From a virus (Duplodnaviria; Caudoviricetes), in IMG/VR virus record IMGVR_UViG_3300027892_002536, positions 1-30,768 of that record: a stretch of DNA of 30,768 bases; one strand, written 5' to 3'. Each line of letters starts with the position of its first letter. Position 1 is the stretch's first letter. Both the position numbers and the translations under genes were made by a program. The notes under the pieces are model-generated. The model was given only the letters and a program-made list of their open reading frames with translations, was not told the origin of the DNA and did no database searches. Of the stretch, positions 5,825 through 14,837 are shown one piece after another.

Positions 5825-7344
5825 ATATAACCATAGTGGGTGGTGGCACAGCGGCATGGACTGCAGCCGCATTTCTAATCCGCAATCGTCCACAACACAC
5901 CTATACCATTATCGAAAGTTCCAGCATCAAGACCATTGGTGTGGGTGAAGCTGCAACAGGCATGCTCAGTGGTTTGATACAGCAGTTGGGTATCGATAAA
6001 TGGGATTTTATGCAGAGAACAGATGCCTTGCCTAAGTTGGCTATAGATTTCCAAAATTGGAGAGGTGACGGCGGTAGCTATCTTCACCCCATCGACAGCA
6101 GTTTTTCTTCTAGCAGTTTCATAGATTACACCGTTTATCATTCAGTGGCTGAAAATCAAAGTCTCTCCTCAACCAGTCGAAACAACATGCTGGTTGATCT
6201 GGGTCTGAGTAATATCGCATGGATCGATAATCAATTTGAAGAAATGGGCAGTCTCACATGGGTGGTTGATCCTGCAAAGTTGGCAGACCTCCTTAGAGAA
6301 TATTGTATCAGCGAAAATGCCGTGGTGATAGATACCACGGTGGATGAAGTTGTGATAGAAAATGGATTTGTAACTGGACTTGTAACTGATCTCGGAACCC
6401 TTACTGCAGACCTGTTTATTGACTGCACTGGCAGTGCTCGAGTGCTATCTTCTAAATTAAACTCCAAATGGATCAGCTATGAAAAATATCTGCCAGTGAA
6501 CAAGGCCATACCATTTCGCCTAGAATGCGATACTGCAGACCGCGAATCCACAGTGACCTGTAGAGCCATGAACAACGGATGGATGTGGGCCGCTCATACT
6601 AGGCACAGAATCGGTAGAGGCTATGTTTACAGTGATCGATTCGCCTCAGCTGAAGATATTCTAAAAGAACTTGAAGAACATTTTCAACAAAAAGTAATAC
6701 CAATCAAAACTATCGATTTTGATACCGGAGTTTGTGAATCATCATTTAACGCCAATGTGTTGACGTTGGGACTGGGTGCTGGGTTTCTTGAACCCATGCA
6801 GGCTACCAGCATACACGCTAGCCTAGTGCAGATCAGCGACTGGGCCAATCTATGTCTCAGCGGCAGTGTTGAAGCCACTGTGGATCCCATTGTTGCCTCA
6901 GTTTATAATTCGAGAATCAATAATTTATACAAGGACATGATGGAATTTGTGGCCATACACTATGCCACAGATAGGCAAGATACAAAATTTTGGAAATTTG
7001 TTAAAGAGGAATTAGATCGACCCGACAAGGTCAAAGAGATGATTTCTCTAGCCAAGAAAAGACTAATTAGAAATGATGATTTTGCACAGTATCTAGGATC
7101 AGCCGGAGCTCCGCTATGGGTTTATTCAATGGCTGGACTAGGACTGTTTGATCCAGAAGTATGCAGGCGTGTGCTGTCAGAATACAATTACAATTTTGAT
7201 CATATCCAGGGACTTAAACAAGGACACCTTGAAGAAATTTTAAAATATAAAAATCAAATCTTCACACCTACAGATCTAAATAATTTTTTAAAAAATAGTG
7301 TAAAAGTCAAAGATATTAATTTTGAATTGAAAAAACATGATTGA
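5821..7344 (+). CDS. Flavin-dependent tryptophan-halogenase-family protein
   Basis: Motifs IVGGGTA, IGVGEA, FIDCTG, GWMW and GFLEP. Confidence 0.9.
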   Translation: MNITIVGGGTAAWTAAAFLIRNRPQHTYTIIESSSIKTIGVGEAATGMLSGLIQQLGIDKWDFMQRTDALPKLAIDFQNWRGDGGSYLHPIDSSFSSSSFIDYTVYHSVAENQSLSSTSRNNMLVDLGLSNIAWIDNQFEEMGSLTWVVDPAKLADLLREYCISENAVVIDTTVDEVVIENGFVTGLVTDLGTLTADLFIDCTGSARVLSSKLNSKWISYEKYLPVNKAIPFRLECDTADRESTVTCRAMNNGWMWAAHTRHRIGRGYVYSDRFASAEDILKELEEHFQQKVIPIKTIDFDTGVCESSFNANVLTLGLGAGFLEPMQATSIHASLVQISDWANLCLSGSVEATVDPIVASVYNSRINNLYKDMMEFVAIHYATDRQDTKFWKFVKEELDRPDKVKEMISLAKKRLIRNDDFAQYLGSAGAPLWVYSMAGLGLFDPEVCRRVLSEYNYNFDHIQGLKQGHLEEILKYKNQIFTPTDLNNFLKNSVKVKDINFELKKHD

Positions 7345-7942
7345 TTATAAAAAAGGCATCCATCCTCAGAGTGGGGTTACCTATACTGTAGAAAAAGACA
7401 TAATAATTACTCCTTTTTGGACCGAGGATTTTTGTAAAGAACTTGTTGATCTTGCAGAAAGTAACTCTGACAGATTCTCGGGTCATCAACAAAAAAACAT
7501 AGATGGATCTGCAATGGGCTACGACGCCCTTTATTTTTCTAATATGAGTTTTTATCTGTTTGAAGATTACACCAAACACTATGCCAAAGATCTATTTCCA
7601 ATTATAAAAAAAGTTTGGCCCTATACAAGAATCACAGGCTGGCAAAGTCCTTTTATCTTGAAGTACAGTAATCATGGCAAACGTCATCTCAGTCCCCATC
7701 ATGATTTAAGTGAATTGTCTTGGAATATAAAATTGAATGATAATTACTCTGGAGCCGAATTGCGATTTCCAAGACAGGAAATAGATAATAAAGATATTCC
7801 AATAGGGCATATGATGCTTTGGCCTAGCACTGTAACTCACTATCATGAAGTTCCCAATCTTATTTCTGGAGTAAAATACAGTGTTACTGGCTGGACATGG
7901 CCCAGTGGAGCAGAGCATTGGGCTGGGATAAAAAATGTCTAA
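7337..7942 (+). CDS. 2OG-Fe(II) oxygenase, lysyl/prolyl hydroxylase-like
   Basis: HxD (PHHD), LNDNYSGAELRF, distal THYHEV, GVKYS. Confidence 0.85.
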   Translation: MIDYKKGIHPQSGVTYTVEKDIIITPFWTEDFCKELVDLAESNSDRFSGHQQKNIDGSAMGYDALYFSNMSFYLFEDYTKHYAKDLFPIIKKVWPYTRITGWQSPFILKYSNHGKRHLSPHHDLSELSWNIKLNDNYSGAELRFPRQEIDNKDIPIGHMMLWPSTVTHYHEVPNLISGVKYSVTGWTWPSGAEHWAGIKNV

Positions 7943-8564
7943 AATCGTAAAAAAAGAAATATTAAGATTGTTTCCTAGCCTAGTGTTTAAGGGATCAATA
8001 GATGATCACAATATTGTCGATCGTGCAGGCGAACACGTGAATTCCTTAAAAAAATCTAAGATTGGATCTATTACTAGAGGAAAATTTACTACAGACGACA
8101 ATTTGCATGAATTACCCCAGTTTGCAGAATTGTCTAAAATCATTCTAGAAGAAACCAGTCAGGTATTAGACTTCTATGCAGTAGTGAGAGAAAGTCATTA
8201 CATCACCAATATGTGGGCACACAGCACTACTAACGGACATAGACACGCTACACACATACATCCTAACAGCTACCTGTCCGGTATCGTCTATCTTAAAACA
8301 CCCGTTAATTGTGGTAACACGATATTCATCGATCCGAGAAACGGATCAACGATGATTCATCCAGACTTTAGCGAACAGAACTATTTTAACATGGACTCAT
8401 TTATACATAGTCCCGAAAAAGGAGTAATACTCATTTGGAATAGCTGGTTGCCTCACACAGTTGATCAAAGTTCTGTTTCAACTGAAGAAGAACGGGTGGT
8501 TCTTTCATTTAATATTATGATAAAAGGTTCTGTTCAACGCAAGAGTGAACAGATTGTTTTTTAA
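7935..8564 (+). CDS. Putative 2OG-Fe(II) oxygenase (HxHPNS..LSG.. type)
   Basis: HIHPNSYLSGIVY, FIDPR, SWLPHTV, RVVLSFN. Confidence 0.85.
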   Translation: MSKIVKKEILRLFPSLVFKGSIDDHNIVDRAGEHVNSLKKSKIGSITRGKFTTDDNLHELPQFAELSKIILEETSQVLDFYAVVRESHYITNMWAHSTTNGHRHATHIHPNSYLSGIVYLKTPVNCGNTIFIDPRNGSTMIHPDFSEQNYFNMDSFIHSPEKGVILIWNSWLPHTVDQSSVSTEEERVVLSFNIMIKGSVQRKSEQIVF

Positions 8565-9280
8565 TCTAAGACGTGTTGTTGAGCAGTTTCTAAACTAAGT
8601 TCTTTATCTTCTAATTCTCTAATCTTTTCAGAAATTTTATCAATGAGGCCTAGATTACGCAGAATCTTAAACACAAGATTTTCCACACTCCATTCGCCTG
8701 CACGATCCAGTCCGGCCTTGCGCATTTCTGTGATACGTTCTTTGACTTTACGAAGACGTTCAAGATCTTGACTGAGTAGAGCAGTTTCCATGTCGTGGAC
8801 CATGGAATCTTTTTTGCGCTCCACTGCACTGTCATCTACTTCCGGTTTGATTTTCTTGGGTTCAACCAGCCATTGATCTTTAGCTATGCTAAACACACCA
8901 GTGCTGTGGTGTTCTTCTTGTTCTCCCTGCACATAACATTCTACAGGCAGTCCTCGTACAGTGATAGTATGTTGCTCTGCCCAGAGTGCCTTTTTGGCGT
9001 TGTAGAGCTCACGTTCTGCGTCAGTGACTGTGCCTTTGACGATTAAATGAAGATCTAGATCTGAGTGATCAGTCCAGGTATAATTGGCATTTGACCCAGT
9101 TATGGTGTAATCTATGACCGGCAGATCTATGCCTATGAATTTTTCAAAGGCCTCTGCTATTTCCTGTAGTTTTGTGCTGACTTCTAGATCCAGTTCTCCG
9201 TCGTGCCAGAGTTTTGGATTTAATCGGCGATTTACAGTGACCAGCTGTGACAGGGATTCTTCAAGTTCTCTTAGACGCAT
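8561..9280 (-). CDS. Pol-beta-superfamily nucleotidyltransferase
   Basis: TGSNANY...SDLDLH (GS plus DxD) and a third carboxylate in PVECY; helical C-terminus; TAAATA at 9285-9290 (minus), 4 nt before the ATG. Confidence 0.8.
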   Translation of the reverse strand: MRLRELEESLSQLVTVNRRLNPKLWHDGELDLEVSTKLQEIAEAFEKFIGIDLPVIDYTITGSNANYTWTDHSDLDLHLIVKGTVTDAERELYNAKKALWAEQHTITVRGLPVECYVQGEQEEHHSTGVFSIAKDQWLVEPKKIKPEVDDSAVERKKDSMVHDMETALLSQDLERLRKVKERITEMRKAGLDRAGEWSVENLVFKILRNLGLIDKISEKIRELEDKELSLETAQQHVLD

Positions 9281-9283
9281 CCA

Positions 9284-9520
9284 TTATTTAGCCCACATTA
9301 AGTGGTAAGCAGCGATCAACTTGGTGTCATAGAATTCTGCCACTAACTGGCAATAGATGTCCGTGCGTTCTAAGATCAGCTGACACTGCGAGCGGTCCTG
9401 CCGCAATAGCCAATTGGTATGATCTACACCTATTGTCTTATGCACTTTGGGCCAATCAATTTCAATGTTTTCTCCCTCGTTGGGCAGCCACTTTAACAAC
9501 TCAATCTTAGATGTCTTCAT
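9284..9520 (-). CDS. Hypothetical protein
   Basis: 78-aa ORF overlapping the helicase stop. Confidence 0.65.
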   Translation of the reverse strand: MKTSKIELLKWLPNEGENIEIDWPKVHKTIGVDHTNWLLRQDRSQCQLILERTDIYCQLVAEFYDTKLIAAYHLMWAK

Positions 9521-10943
9521 CTGTGTTCATGCTGTTTAGAATCTCACGCAGTTTTGTGCCTTCTACGTTGGCTCGTACCTTGGCCACAGGAGCTCCTTGC
9601 GCAGGATCAATTTCACCCGTAACAGGATCTATTCTCTGCAGGTCTGTCTTGCGTTTGATCTGCTCAATGATACTGGTACTGCCACGACTGGCGTTGTTTT
9701 GTGTGTCTTGTTCATCTTCTGGTAGATCTGAAATCTTTAGACTGTCTATATTAAACTCTAGATCAATCTTTTGACCCACACCCGAACTGGATCTCGTCTT
9801 CATCAATTGTAGTTGATAGCGGCCACGCTCACGCATGGCTCTAGATGTAAAGATACCGAACACGTTGTCTGCAGTCTGGATCTTACTCAATCCGCCTGAG
9901 ATATGGCTGTGATCGAATTCTACTTCTTCTACAGCACCTCGATTCAACTGTGCCGCAGTCACACACAGCACCTGTTTTTCCATGGCAAGATTTCGTATTT
10001 CTTCAGACACATACTTGTCTTTGACGAAGAGATTTTCTGCTGAAATCTTCTTGCCTATGGGCATCAGCAGATCCATGTAGTCTATCAACAGCACGTCAAT
10101 GGGCTTGCCACATTTTATTTCATACTCCTTAACATAGGCTCGTATGTCATTGACTGTTTTACCCGAAGGCATATATTTGATCTGTAGCTGTCCAGCTTTC
10201 TTACCGATCATCTTGACCTTCATTTCCACGTCATCAAGATCGCGGAAAATCTCTCTAGTGGGCACTCCAGTGATCATAGAATCAATCCGCATGCTAACTA
10301 GAGCTTCAGATAGTTCCAGTGTAAGATACACCACGTTAAGTCCCTGCAGAGCCCAGTTCACTCCTAGGTTGGCCAAGAACAGACTTTTACCTGCACCCGA
10401 CCCACCTGCAAAAATATTCAGCTCGCCTCGATTCATGCCACCAAACAGCTTACGATCCATACAGGGCCAACCTGTAGAGATCTGTCCGTTCTTGTCTTTG
10501 AGCCCCATCAGCCTACCTCGAGGATCTTCAAAGTAGTCTGTGCCCATGTCTCTGGCCAATCCTATCTGCACCGCAGCCTTGATTAGTGTTTCCACTTCAC
10601 CGTAGTTGTGTTTTTCTAATAGATCCGCAGAGGCAATGATAGCACGTTCAATGGCCTTATGACGTGTGAATGATTCAAACTCATCCATAAGCCATTCTAG
10701 ATGGCCGTCTTTGACAATGTTTGGTCTTTTGAGATCTAGTCTGCATGAAGCATTTACCATGTCATATTCTGGTAGTACTGTGTACTGTTTGGCATATTCA
10801 TTGATGAACTCTGCGGCATCTTGTAGTTTGCGATCAAACAAGGTGTGATCAAATATACCTTGACAACGCACAAACACTACTGCATCTGACAGCATTAGTT
10901 CAAGATATAATTTTTGTACTTCGTATCCGTAGTCTTTTATCAT
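9507..10943 (-). CDS. Replicative DnaB-like helicase (T4 gp41-like)
   Basis: Walker A AGGSGAGKS, LELSE, Walker B LLIDYMD, AAQLNR, KTR. Confidence 0.93.
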   Translation of the reverse strand: MIKDYGYEVQKLYLELMLSDAVVFVRCQGIFDHTLFDRKLQDAAEFINEYAKQYTVLPEYDMVNASCRLDLKRPNIVKDGHLEWLMDEFESFTRHKAIERAIIASADLLEKHNYGEVETLIKAAVQIGLARDMGTDYFEDPRGRLMGLKDKNGQISTGWPCMDRKLFGGMNRGELNIFAGGSGAGKSLFLANLGVNWALQGLNVVYLTLELSEALVSMRIDSMITGVPTREIFRDLDDVEMKVKMIGKKAGQLQIKYMPSGKTVNDIRAYVKEYEIKCGKPIDVLLIDYMDLLMPIGKKISAENLFVKDKYVSEEIRNLAMEKQVLCVTAAQLNRGAVEEVEFDHSHISGGLSKIQTADNVFGIFTSRAMRERGRYQLQLMKTRSSSGVGQKIDLEFNIDSLKISDLPEDEQDTQNNASRGSTSIIEQIKRKTDLQRIDPVTGEIDPAQGAPVAKVRANVEGTKLREILNSMNTDEDI

Positions 10944-10948
10944 AATTT

Positions 10949-10978
10949 ATTATACACTAATCTCTAGGTGTTTTGCAA
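10949..10978 (-). promoter_or_regulatory. Putative sigma70 promoter, leaderless to the helicase
   Basis: TTGCAA, 18 nt, TATAAT, 5 nt, ATG. Confidence 0.55.
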
Positions 10979-11897
10979 CACCAAAGTTGTAGTTCCACAC
11001 ACGTTGTTTTGTATGATATAGTACGGCTCCAATGCTACTGCTAGGATCTCCTGGATTAGGTAGTGTCCATCGATATTTAAACATAGGCTCAACTATTTTT
11101 TTATTAGCCAAACTGTTCATGGCACACCCACCCATATAGACTAATGTATCTGTACCCACGCTAGACCTAGCTGTATTCATTATCAATGAAATCTGTTCTT
11201 CAAACACACGCTGCACTGCGGCAGCAATGTCCCATCGATCTTGGTCGCTGGAAATTGGTTCATTCCAATTTTTTATCCCTTGATGAAAGTTATAGGTCAC
11301 TATTAACACACCACCGAAATACGATCTAATTTTATTATAGTATCTGTTAGAATCTCCTAGCACACTGACCTGTTGCAGTTTATATTCTTCTAGTATAGGT
11401 TGGTAACCAATTAATTTTGTAAATGCAGAATAAAATAATCCAAGACTATGAGGATAATCTCTAGCCCATATTTTTTTTAATTCTCCGTGCTTGCCTTCCC
11501 AGATACTTGCACATTCGAATTCACCGATCGCGTCAAGTACAACAATCGCACAATGATCAAACGGACTGGTATAATATCCTGCGGCTGCATGACTGGCATG
11601 ATGTGGTGTATATCTTAGATCAGCGTAGTGTGTTTTGATTTCTTTGACATAAGTTGATGGCAGGTCACTTAGATCAAAAACCCTGTTCCATTGTCCTGCA
11701 GACAATTGTCTTAGTTTTTTCAGCCAAGGACGTTCATACCAAAATATTGTGCTAGGACCACCGTAGTTAAATGCATCATAGATAATTTTTGAATCTAATC
11801 GATCATCAACAGAGTTCTCAAGCATAGACAATCTGCCATCAGAAAAAACAGCCAGACTACTGCCATGATTAAGAGCGTTGATCCCCCAAGTAATCAT
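10950..11897 (-). CDS. Carbamoyltransferase (NodU/CmcH family), N-terminal Kae1-like domain only
   Basis: HHASHAAAGYYTSPF, VVLDAIGE, PHSLGLFYS, GGCAMN, PGDPSSSIGA; 315 aa with no C-terminal domain. Confidence 0.88.
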   Translation of the reverse strand: MITWGINALNHGSSLAVFSDGRLSMLENSVDDRLDSKIIYDAFNYGGPSTIFWYERPWLKKLRQLSAGQWNRVFDLSDLPSTYVKEIKTHYADLRYTPHHASHAAAGYYTSPFDHCAIVVLDAIGEFECASIWEGKHGELKKIWARDYPHSLGLFYSAFTKLIGYQPILEEYKLQQVSVLGDSNRYYNKIRSYFGGVLIVTYNFHQGIKNWNEPISSDQDRWDIAAAVQRVFEEQISLIMNTARSSVGTDTLVYMGGCAMNSLANKKIVEPMFKYRWTLPNPGDPSSSIGAVLYHTKQRVWNYNFGVAKHLEISV

Positions 11898-12010
11898 TTA
11901 TAGATAAACGGATCACGTTTTCTTAATTCGGAGATTCTTTTCTTGAGTCGTCTCCGTTCTTGAAATTTAGCCCACGGCCAAACCAGTATTTCAACTATTT
12001 TCTTTATCAT
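11894..12010 (-). CDS. Small basic protein, 38 aa, ending DPFIYK (not in ORF track)
   Basis: Translates as MIKKIVEILVWPWAKFQERRRLKKRISELRKRDPFIYK; ATGA overlap with the carbamoyltransferase start. Confidence 0.75.
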   Translation of the reverse strand: MIKKIVEILVWPWAKFQERRRLKKRISELRKRDPFIYK

Positions 12011-13022
12011 ATTGCAACCTTTGTAATTTATGTTCTTGCTGTTGTTTAGACATTTTTATTTTTATCTGACCTCGCTGTGCAGTTTTAATAGCATCTACTA
12101 TCACAAATAATGCTCCGTATCGCTGTACAGCATCTGCTACATCCTTAACATCTGAGTCCCAGTTAGGCATAGCTATACTCCAATCCAGTTCTGCTGCACG
12201 GTCAAACAGTGTTAGCCCCGCAGCGTCTTGATCTGGTATTACTATAACTTCTGCGCCTAGACTATTAATTATCCTGCTTTGTTGTTCAGCAATCTCATTA
12301 GTGAGTAATGCAACTCCACCTATAGCTAGTGCATCAAACGGACCTTCACAGACAAATATATACTTCTGTTCTTCTAGTTGACGATCAAAATTGAAGACAA
12401 AATGTGGATGTTGATCTGATAGATATTTTGGGCTTCCTTGCACCACTTTCCTGGCAGTATTGCCAACTATGTGTCCTTGCCACCTAAAAGGCAAAATAAC
12501 GCGATTTTCATAACCGGGGCTAGGACTCCAATAAAAATCGCCGTTGTAGGGGTCGTAGCCACGGTTTACAACATACGAAATCACCGGTTCTAGTAAAAGA
12601 GACAGTTCTTTGAAATATTCACTGTTTACCCAGTCTAGTAAGGACATTGCACCCTCTGGAAGTTCTTTATCTGTAAATGCGACCTGTGCTGTAGACGGGG
12701 ACGGACGATAAGCTTCACCTTCTGTTTTCATCGCTTCAAACGTCAATTCCTTCACGGTATCGTCACTAGCACCCAACCATCGACTAAGGGTTTTCATCTT
12801 CTCGCCGAACGGTGATCCTGGTTGCCAACCAGTGGTAAATTTGCAATTGAAACAGTTGTAGACTATGCCTTCGCCATCGAAACGAATGCCGGCTCGTTTT
12901 CGTGTGTCAGCTTTATGTCCTCTATGATGACAACAGGGTGCGTTAAATGATGTCCAACCTGAAGGACTGTGTTTGGCACGAGGAGGTAATAGAGTACGGA
13001 ACTTGTCCACAACGAGAGTCAT
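11991..13022 (-). CDS. DNA primase (T4 gp61/DnaG-like)
   Basis: Zn motif PCC...NCFNC, PKYL, TOPRIM VCEGPFDA and PDQD. Confidence 0.9.
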   Translation of the reverse strand: MTLVVDKFRTLLPPRAKHSPSGWTSFNAPCCHHRGHKADTRKRAGIRFDGEGIVYNCFNCKFTTGWQPGSPFGEKMKTLSRWLGASDDTVKELTFEAMKTEGEAYRPSPSTAQVAFTDKELPEGAMSLLDWVNSEYFKELSLLLEPVISYVVNRGYDPYNGDFYWSPSPGYENRVILPFRWQGHIVGNTARKVVQGSPKYLSDQHPHFVFNFDRQLEEQKYIFVCEGPFDALAIGGVALLTNEIAEQQSRIINSLGAEVIVIPDQDAAGLTLFDRAAELDWSIAMPNWDSDVKDVADAVQRYGALFVIVDAIKTAQRGQIKIKMSKQQQEHKLQRLQYDKENS

Positions 13023-13028
13023 ACATAC

Positions 13029-13057
13029 AGTATACTATCTGTACAGGATCTTGTCAA
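13029..13057 (-). promoter_or_regulatory. Sigma70 promoter, leaderless to the primase
   Basis: TTGACA, 17 nt, TATACT, 6 nt, ATG. Confidence 0.75.
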
Positions 13058-13859
13058 CTGTTCCGGTGTTTTCGGTGGTTGGAATATGTTTGATTCTAAA
13101 CCAATTGTACTTGCCCACGACATTTTTGTATTTGGCTGTGGTGAGATTCACCGTGGTCACCGTGACCCATTTTGATTCGCGAGGTGTAGCACCTTGCGTG
13201 TCTAGACTGCCTTCGATGGTGACTGTGCCTTGATAATTTGTGGTATAAAATTGAAATGTGTGTGTGGAATTGGCTGTGTTAAGTGTTGGTCTTGCATCTA
13301 TGATTTGACTGACAAAAAACTTAGGTGTTTCATCACCTTGGGTGAAAGGATTAGTATAATTAAACGTATCTACCAGCACACTGGGTTCTACATCACCGTA
13401 TACATCACCAGTTATTTCTAGTGTGCCTACGGTGTCGTATTGTGCATCCATGTACATGGGCATCTTGGATGTTACTTTGTAGTCTGTGGAATCTACATCA
13501 GCACGGATTTCTTTTATGATGCTGTAATTATAGAATCCGTTATCAAGATCCATAAGTTCAGTCTCGGTAAGAGTCACTGTGACCTTGCCTGTGGCAAGAT
13601 CCATGGATGTGAAATCTTTCTGCATGACTAAATCTTTAGTGTCTCGGCTCACGAGGTTAAATACCAAAGTAGAACCAATAATGTTACTGGCCTTTTGATC
13701 TGCGTTACGAACCTGGATGTCTATGCGATTATCAACACCACGAAATATTTTTAGATTGCGATTATACACTTTACGATACCTCTCTGTTGACCAAGTGTCC
13801 ATAGAACTGGTAAAAACATCTACCTTATTTGAGTATAAATAAACAGGATTAAATTGCAT
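13035..13859 (-). CDS. Hypothetical beta-rich protein, probably virion structural
   Basis: T/V/D-rich alternating strands; TAAATA box at 13881-13886 (minus). Confidence 0.7.
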   Translation of the reverse strand: MQFNPVYLYSNKVDVFTSSMDTWSTERYRKVYNRNLKIFRGVDNRIDIQVRNADQKASNIIGSTLVFNLVSRDTKDLVMQKDFTSMDLATGKVTVTLTETELMDLDNGFYNYSIIKEIRADVDSTDYKVTSKMPMYMDAQYDTVGTLEITGDVYGDVEPSVLVDTFNYTNPFTQGDETPKFFVSQIIDARPTLNTANSTHTFQFYTTNYQGTVTIEGSLDTQGATPRESKWVTVTTVNLTTAKYKNVVGKYNWFRIKHIPTTENTGTVDKILYR

Positions 13860-13890
13860 ACATTAACGGACCTTTAGCATTATTTATCGA

Positions 13891-14265
13891 ATGAGAATAT
13901 CAACTAACCTACAAGAAAACTTTCCGTTCATCAGCGTTATTACCCACGTAAATCACGAATACGTGGGCATAATAATCAACCAGGATGCACAAGTTACTAG
14001 TATCTACGATTACAGTATTCTTCGTACAGATTTAGAAAAACAGCAGTTTTTAGAATTAGGAGAAACATGGTGGTGGGAGTCAAACCGGCAGATCCCTATC
14101 AACATATTTCTAGCTAAAGAACTGGCTATTTTTCGTTATGTAGTCAAGACCTTTTCTACCAAGGATGTCAAGGTACTGTTTGGCCCTTGTACCAGTCTCA
14201 ATAACATCATAATCAAACGTGTGAAACGCAAATCAATCACACTGGTTAGAAAAATATCTACGTGA
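13891..14265 (+). CDS. Hypothetical protein (WWWESNRQIPINIFL motif)
   Basis: 124-aa ORF; TATAAATA at 13834-13841 upstream. Confidence 0.8.
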   Translation: MRISTNLQENFPFISVITHVNHEYVGIIINQDAQVTSIYDYSILRTDLEKQQFLELGETWWWESNRQIPINIFLAKELAIFRYVVKTFSTKDVKVLFGPCTSLNNIIIKRVKRKSITLVRKIST

Positions 14266-14836
14266 ATCCGTAGCTGATACTTTCACAGATTAAATTCATC
14301 TGCACCACGATAGCCACAGCATAGGCAGTGGCATGGCTTTTCTTAAAGTAGTATTCGTCAGTCTCTGGTTTTGTCCAAACTTCTTTCATTATCTCCGTCC
14401 AGGTCTGTCCAATCAAATGTCTCTTGGCAGGACGTATCATGGCAAGGACCGCAGCTAATTGTTCCACGGAAATAGGGCAACATTGTTTCAGAATTGCACC
14501 ATGGCCATTCAAATGAAATAACAGATCGACGAACTCTTGTTGTTGAAGTAGATCCCATAGAGGCTCCTGGTTCATTAATTCAACTAGATGCGCTTCATCG
14601 CGAACACCTTTGTAGATACCAACATTTAAAAAATCTATCTTGAAGTATCCTTGTTCTTCTGCTTGATCATAGGGCACAGCACAGACATTGGTCTCAGCAT
14701 TCACTGGCACTGCATGAAAATACACACCGGTATTATGTTTGACCAATTGACCGCTATCTATACGGCTGGCTCTAATATGCCGGAACAGATCAAGTGCAGA
14801 ATCTCTATCAACGAAGTCTATGTCAATGTCAGGCAT
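14258..14836 (-). CDS. Miniature DNA polymerase III alpha (DnaE)-like protein
   Basis: PDIDIDF, KHNTGVY, GYFKIDFL, LAAVLAMIRP and FKKSHATAY, in DnaE order within 192 aa. Confidence 0.85.
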   Translation of the reverse strand: MPDIDIDFVDRDSALDLFRHIRASRIDSGQLVKHNTGVYFHAVPVNAETNVCAVPYDQAEEQGYFKIDFLNVGIYKGVRDEAHLVELMNQEPLWDLLQQQEFVDLLFHLNGHGAILKQCCPISVEQLAAVLAMIRPAKRHLIGQTWTEIMKEVWTKPETDEYYFKKSHATAYAVAIVVQMNLICESISYGFT

Positions 14837-14837
14837 T

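Noticed and set aside
14258-14836. Split-intein DnaE, or a frameshifted dnaE pseudogene
   Set aside because: No intein terminal motifs and no other DnaE segments in adjacent frames; the motifs are compacted in one open frame.
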